Positions 16,458 to 18,899 of a DNA stretch of 18,899 bases are shown in pieces. Position 1 is the stretch's first letter. Each line of letters opens with the position of its first letter. The notes beneath the pieces were generated by a model. That model saw only the letters and a list, made by a program, of their open reading frames with translations, was not told the DNA's origin and ran no database searches. This DNA is from Candidatus Hodarchaeota archaeon (GTDB lineage Archaea > Asgardarchaeota > Heimdallarchaeia > Hodarchaeales > Hodarchaeaceae): contig JAEOTQ010000131.1 of the NCBI GenBank assembly GCA_016839785.1, positions 1 to 18,899 on the forward strand. Reading direction: 5' to 3'. The position numbers and the translations under genes were made by a program.

Positions 16458-17756
16458 TTGGAGAAGCAACCGTTGTCGGATCTACGTCATAAACTAGAGA
16501 TTCCAGATAAGAATCTGGAAGAAATTAATAAATTTTTACTAAATCCTGATAATCCACTCATATCTGATCTTTTACAAGTCATAGACAAATATGGAGGAGT
16601 GGATGAGATAAATAAGAAGGCAGATGAAGCTGGCCAGTTGGATAATCTAATGACTCGTCTTCAGAATAAAAAACCTGATTACGTGAAAGATTTAGAATGG
16701 TTAATCAACAAACGTGATAAGGAAGCTTTTTTAAGTGTGTCAGAATATCGTAGACGAGTTTTAGGTGATCGTTTAGCGGATGTACAATTTAATGATGATT
16801 TTGCTGTCACTCTTGAACTTTCAGCATGTCAGTACTTTCCATTTTTCATAGAAGGAGCCAATCAAGCGATTGGAAGAGAGATATTACTTCCTGGAAGAAT
16901 TATTCGTGTACGGAAAATGAAAGAACAGGAGGATGATGGGGATCTTTTAGCAATGTCTGCCGCAGTGAATATTATTGGCGCCTCTATTGTTGAAACTTTA
17001 GATACAAAAGGTACTGCGCCAGGAGCCGATGGAGCGCCTGTGAATGTGCATTTAGGAGGACCTGCGACAATTACGGGCTATTTTGGAGGAGTTGGCCAAC
17101 CAAATGATTTTGCTATGAATTGGGTAGATGAATTTCTCTATTATTATACTACTTACGGTGTCCAACAGGTCTTAAACATTAATCTCGGTACAATTTTACT
17201 CGGTTATTTCATCCATAAATTAGGGATTAATAACGAGTTCAAAATCTCTGTATATGTCGGTAATGATAACCCTTATTCCTGTTTCTGGACTTTATTAGCT
17301 GCCAAACTCTTTGCTCGAGAGGATGGGTCAAGTCCCCTAATTGGGTTTAATCTTTCCAACTCAGTAAATAATCAAACACTTGAATTGAGCGCCTACATTC
17401 GTAATAATTTTGGTTTCGAAGATGTTGTAAGATTAGAACATCACATAACTGAAACTTGGAAAAGCATTGTCCGACAACCTTACGATCGGCGGGAAGAATT
17501 AGTTGAACTCGCTCCACATGTTAAGAATATTAGTGCCAAGCATGAGGGAGGAAACGTTGATGTGGAATCGAAGCGTGATTATCCTTCTGATATCCTTGAC
17601 TATTTCCGTGATAAATCGGAAATCATTGAAGCAGGCCATTGGGATTACTTAAAACAGAATTATTTTGACCGATTGGATGCGATAAATTCTACGGCTCATG
17701 CATTGACAGAGAAAGGCTTAAGCTTCATTGCTGCGCGCCATCTTCACCATAGATAA
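16458..17756 (+). CDS. Hypothetical soluble protein, enzyme-like
   Basis: 432-aa ORF with TTG start and Gly/His/Glu-rich motif-like stretches (TLDTKGT, NVHLGGPATITGYFGG, RLEHHITE, SAKHEGG). No named family recognised. Confidence 0.85.
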   Translation: MEKQPLSDLRHKLEIPDKNLEEINKFLLNPDNPLISDLLQVIDKYGGVDEINKKADEAGQLDNLMTRLQNKKPDYVKDLEWLINKRDKEAFLSVSEYRRRVLGDRLADVQFNDDFAVTLELSACQYFPFFIEGANQAIGREILLPGRIIRVRKMKEQEDDGDLLAMSAAVNIIGASIVETLDTKGTAPGADGAPVNVHLGGPATITGYFGGVGQPNDFAMNWVDEFLYYYTTYGVQQVLNINLGTILLGYFIHKLGINNEFKISVYVGNDNPYSCFWTLLAAKLFAREDGSSPLIGFNLSNSVNNQTLELSAYIRNNFGFEDVVRLEHHITETWKSIVRQPYDRREELVELAPHVKNISAKHEGGNVDVESKRDYPSDILDYFRDKSEIIEAGHWDYLKQNYFDRLDAINSTAHALTEKGLSFIAARHLHHR

Positions 17757-17782
17757 TATTTAGAACGGATTGTGGCAGAATC

Positions 17783-18899
17783 ATGAATGAAGAACTTGAT
17801 TTTGAAAGTCTTAGAACAGGTGCAGGTATATTCGAGGTTTTATCAAAAGCTAAAGCATTGGAGCGAGCTGGCCACACTATTCTTCATTTTGAGATTGGCC
17901 AACCAGATTTTCCCACTCCTACCCATATAAAAGATGCTGCTAAGCAAGCTTTAGATGAAAATTTCACTGGATATGTTGCTGCAGCTGGAATTCTCGAATT
18001 AAGAAACGCTATTCAGGATGAAATTGAACTGACCAGGGGGTTTAGGCCATCGGTAGATCAAATTCTCATCACTCCAGGTGCAAATCCTGGAATTTACTTT
18101 ACACTGCGTGCAATTGTCACGCAGCGCACTGACGAAGTCATTTACTCTGATCCCAGTTTTCCTACTTATGGAGCCGTACTTAATTATCTGGGTTGTACAA
18201 AGAAACCTATTCCATTAAAAGAAGAGAATAAATTTCGATTAGATCCAGTTGATATTGAATCTAATATAACTAAAAATACTAAGGTAGTAATTATTAATTC
18301 TCCAATGAATCCAACTGGATCAGTTATGAAAGAGGAAGAAATTAATCGAGTTGCAGAACTGGCTGAAGAACATAGTTTTTACTTATTAACTGATGAGATC
18401 TATTCAAAAATGACTTATGAACAGAAATTTCACACTCCAAGTGTTAGAGATCAGACGAAAGAAAGAACGATTGTATTAGATGGGTTTTCCAAAGCGTATA
18501 ATATGACTGGTTGGAGATTGGGATATGCAGTGGCACCTGAAAAAATCGTTGATCGGATGAGTCTATTAATCTCGACAACAATATCATGCGTTACTTCTTT
18601 TACCCAAAAAGCGGCAATTTCAGCTTTAACAGGCCCACAAACGGATTTGCATAATAATATGCAAGCTTTTCGTGAACGACGTGATGCGATCGTTAAAGGA
18701 TTAAATGAAATTCCTGGATTTTCCTGTTTAACACCTCAAGGAGCATTTTATACGTTTCCCAATATAAGAAAAACAGGAATGAAGTCCAAAGAATTAGCAG
18801 ATTTTCTTCTTACAGATGCGGGAGTGGCGTGTCTACCTGGGACGATTTTTGGGGAAAATGGTGAGGGTTTTCTTAGATTTTCTTATGCAACCGATGTTA
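17783..18899 (+). CDS. PLP-dependent aspartate-aminotransferase-like enzyme (class I/II), 3'-truncated by window edge
   Basis: Absent from the ORF track; translated by hand from ATG 17783: MNEELDFESLRTGAGIFEVLSKAKALERAGHTILHFEIGQPDFPTP..., NSPMNPTG, DEIY, GFSKAYNMTGWRLGY, PQGAFY, ...GFLRFSYATDV at the window end. Confidence 0.93.
   Translation, partial: MNEELDFESLRTGAGIFEVLSKAKALERAGHTILHFEIGQPDFPTPTHIKDAAKQALDENFTGYVAAAGILELRNAIQDEIELTRGFRPSVDQILITPGANPGIYFTLRAIVTQRTDEVIYSDPSFPTYGAVLNYLGCTKKPIPLKEENKFRLDPVDIESNITKNTKVVIINSPMNPTGSVMKEEEINRVAELAEEHSFYLLTDEIYSKMTYEQKFHTPSVRDQTKERTIVLDGFSKAYNMTGWRLGYAVAPEKIVDRMSLLISTTISCVTSFTQKAAISALTGPQTDLHNNMQAFRERRDAIVKGLNEIPGFSCLTPQGAFYTFPNIRKTGMKSKELADFLLTDAGVACLPGTIFGENGEGFLRFSYATDV

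Noticed and set aside
1-18899. CRISPR arrays, tRNA/rRNA, IS elements, prophage or defence genes
   Set aside because: By eye I found no regularly spaced repeats, GC-rich structured RNA genes, transposase/integrase motifs or nuclease motifs. The CPBP 'Abi' name alone is not evidence of phage defence.

Overview
AT-rich, gene-dense prokaryotic window with about 19 protein-coding genes. I saw no rRNA, tRNA, CRISPR array, integrase or transposase. The gene mix (long TPR protein, zinc-ribbon membrane proteins, stand-alone Lrp/AsnC effector domain, DUF116-like protein, T-tract terminators, few strong SD motifs) suggests an archaeon, possibly Asgard/Heimdallarchaeia-like; this is inference only. Recognisable genes: ribokinase, two CPBP/Abi intramembrane proteases, two class I/II PLP aminotransferases (the second runs off the window end and is missing from the ORF track), a flavodoxin-fold pair and a B12-binding radical SAM enzyme. 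Most notable observations: (1) a minus-strand CPBP-flavodoxin-flavodoxin operon with two in-frame premature stops (TAA at 10301-10303, TAG at 9357-9359) and a degenerate second copy of its last gene's 3' end, consistent with ongoing decay; (2) a hypothetical ORF (5848-6567) with protein-kinase-like motifs in the correct order; (3) a multi-pass membrane protein (14317-15792) resembling eukaryotic CTL/SLC44/Pns1 choline-transporter-like proteins; (4) tandem zinc-ribbon membrane paralogs sharing an LCFGEE motif; (5) an enzyme-like 432-aa unknown coupled to an aminotransferase. No complete novel multi-gene system is proven from sequence alone.
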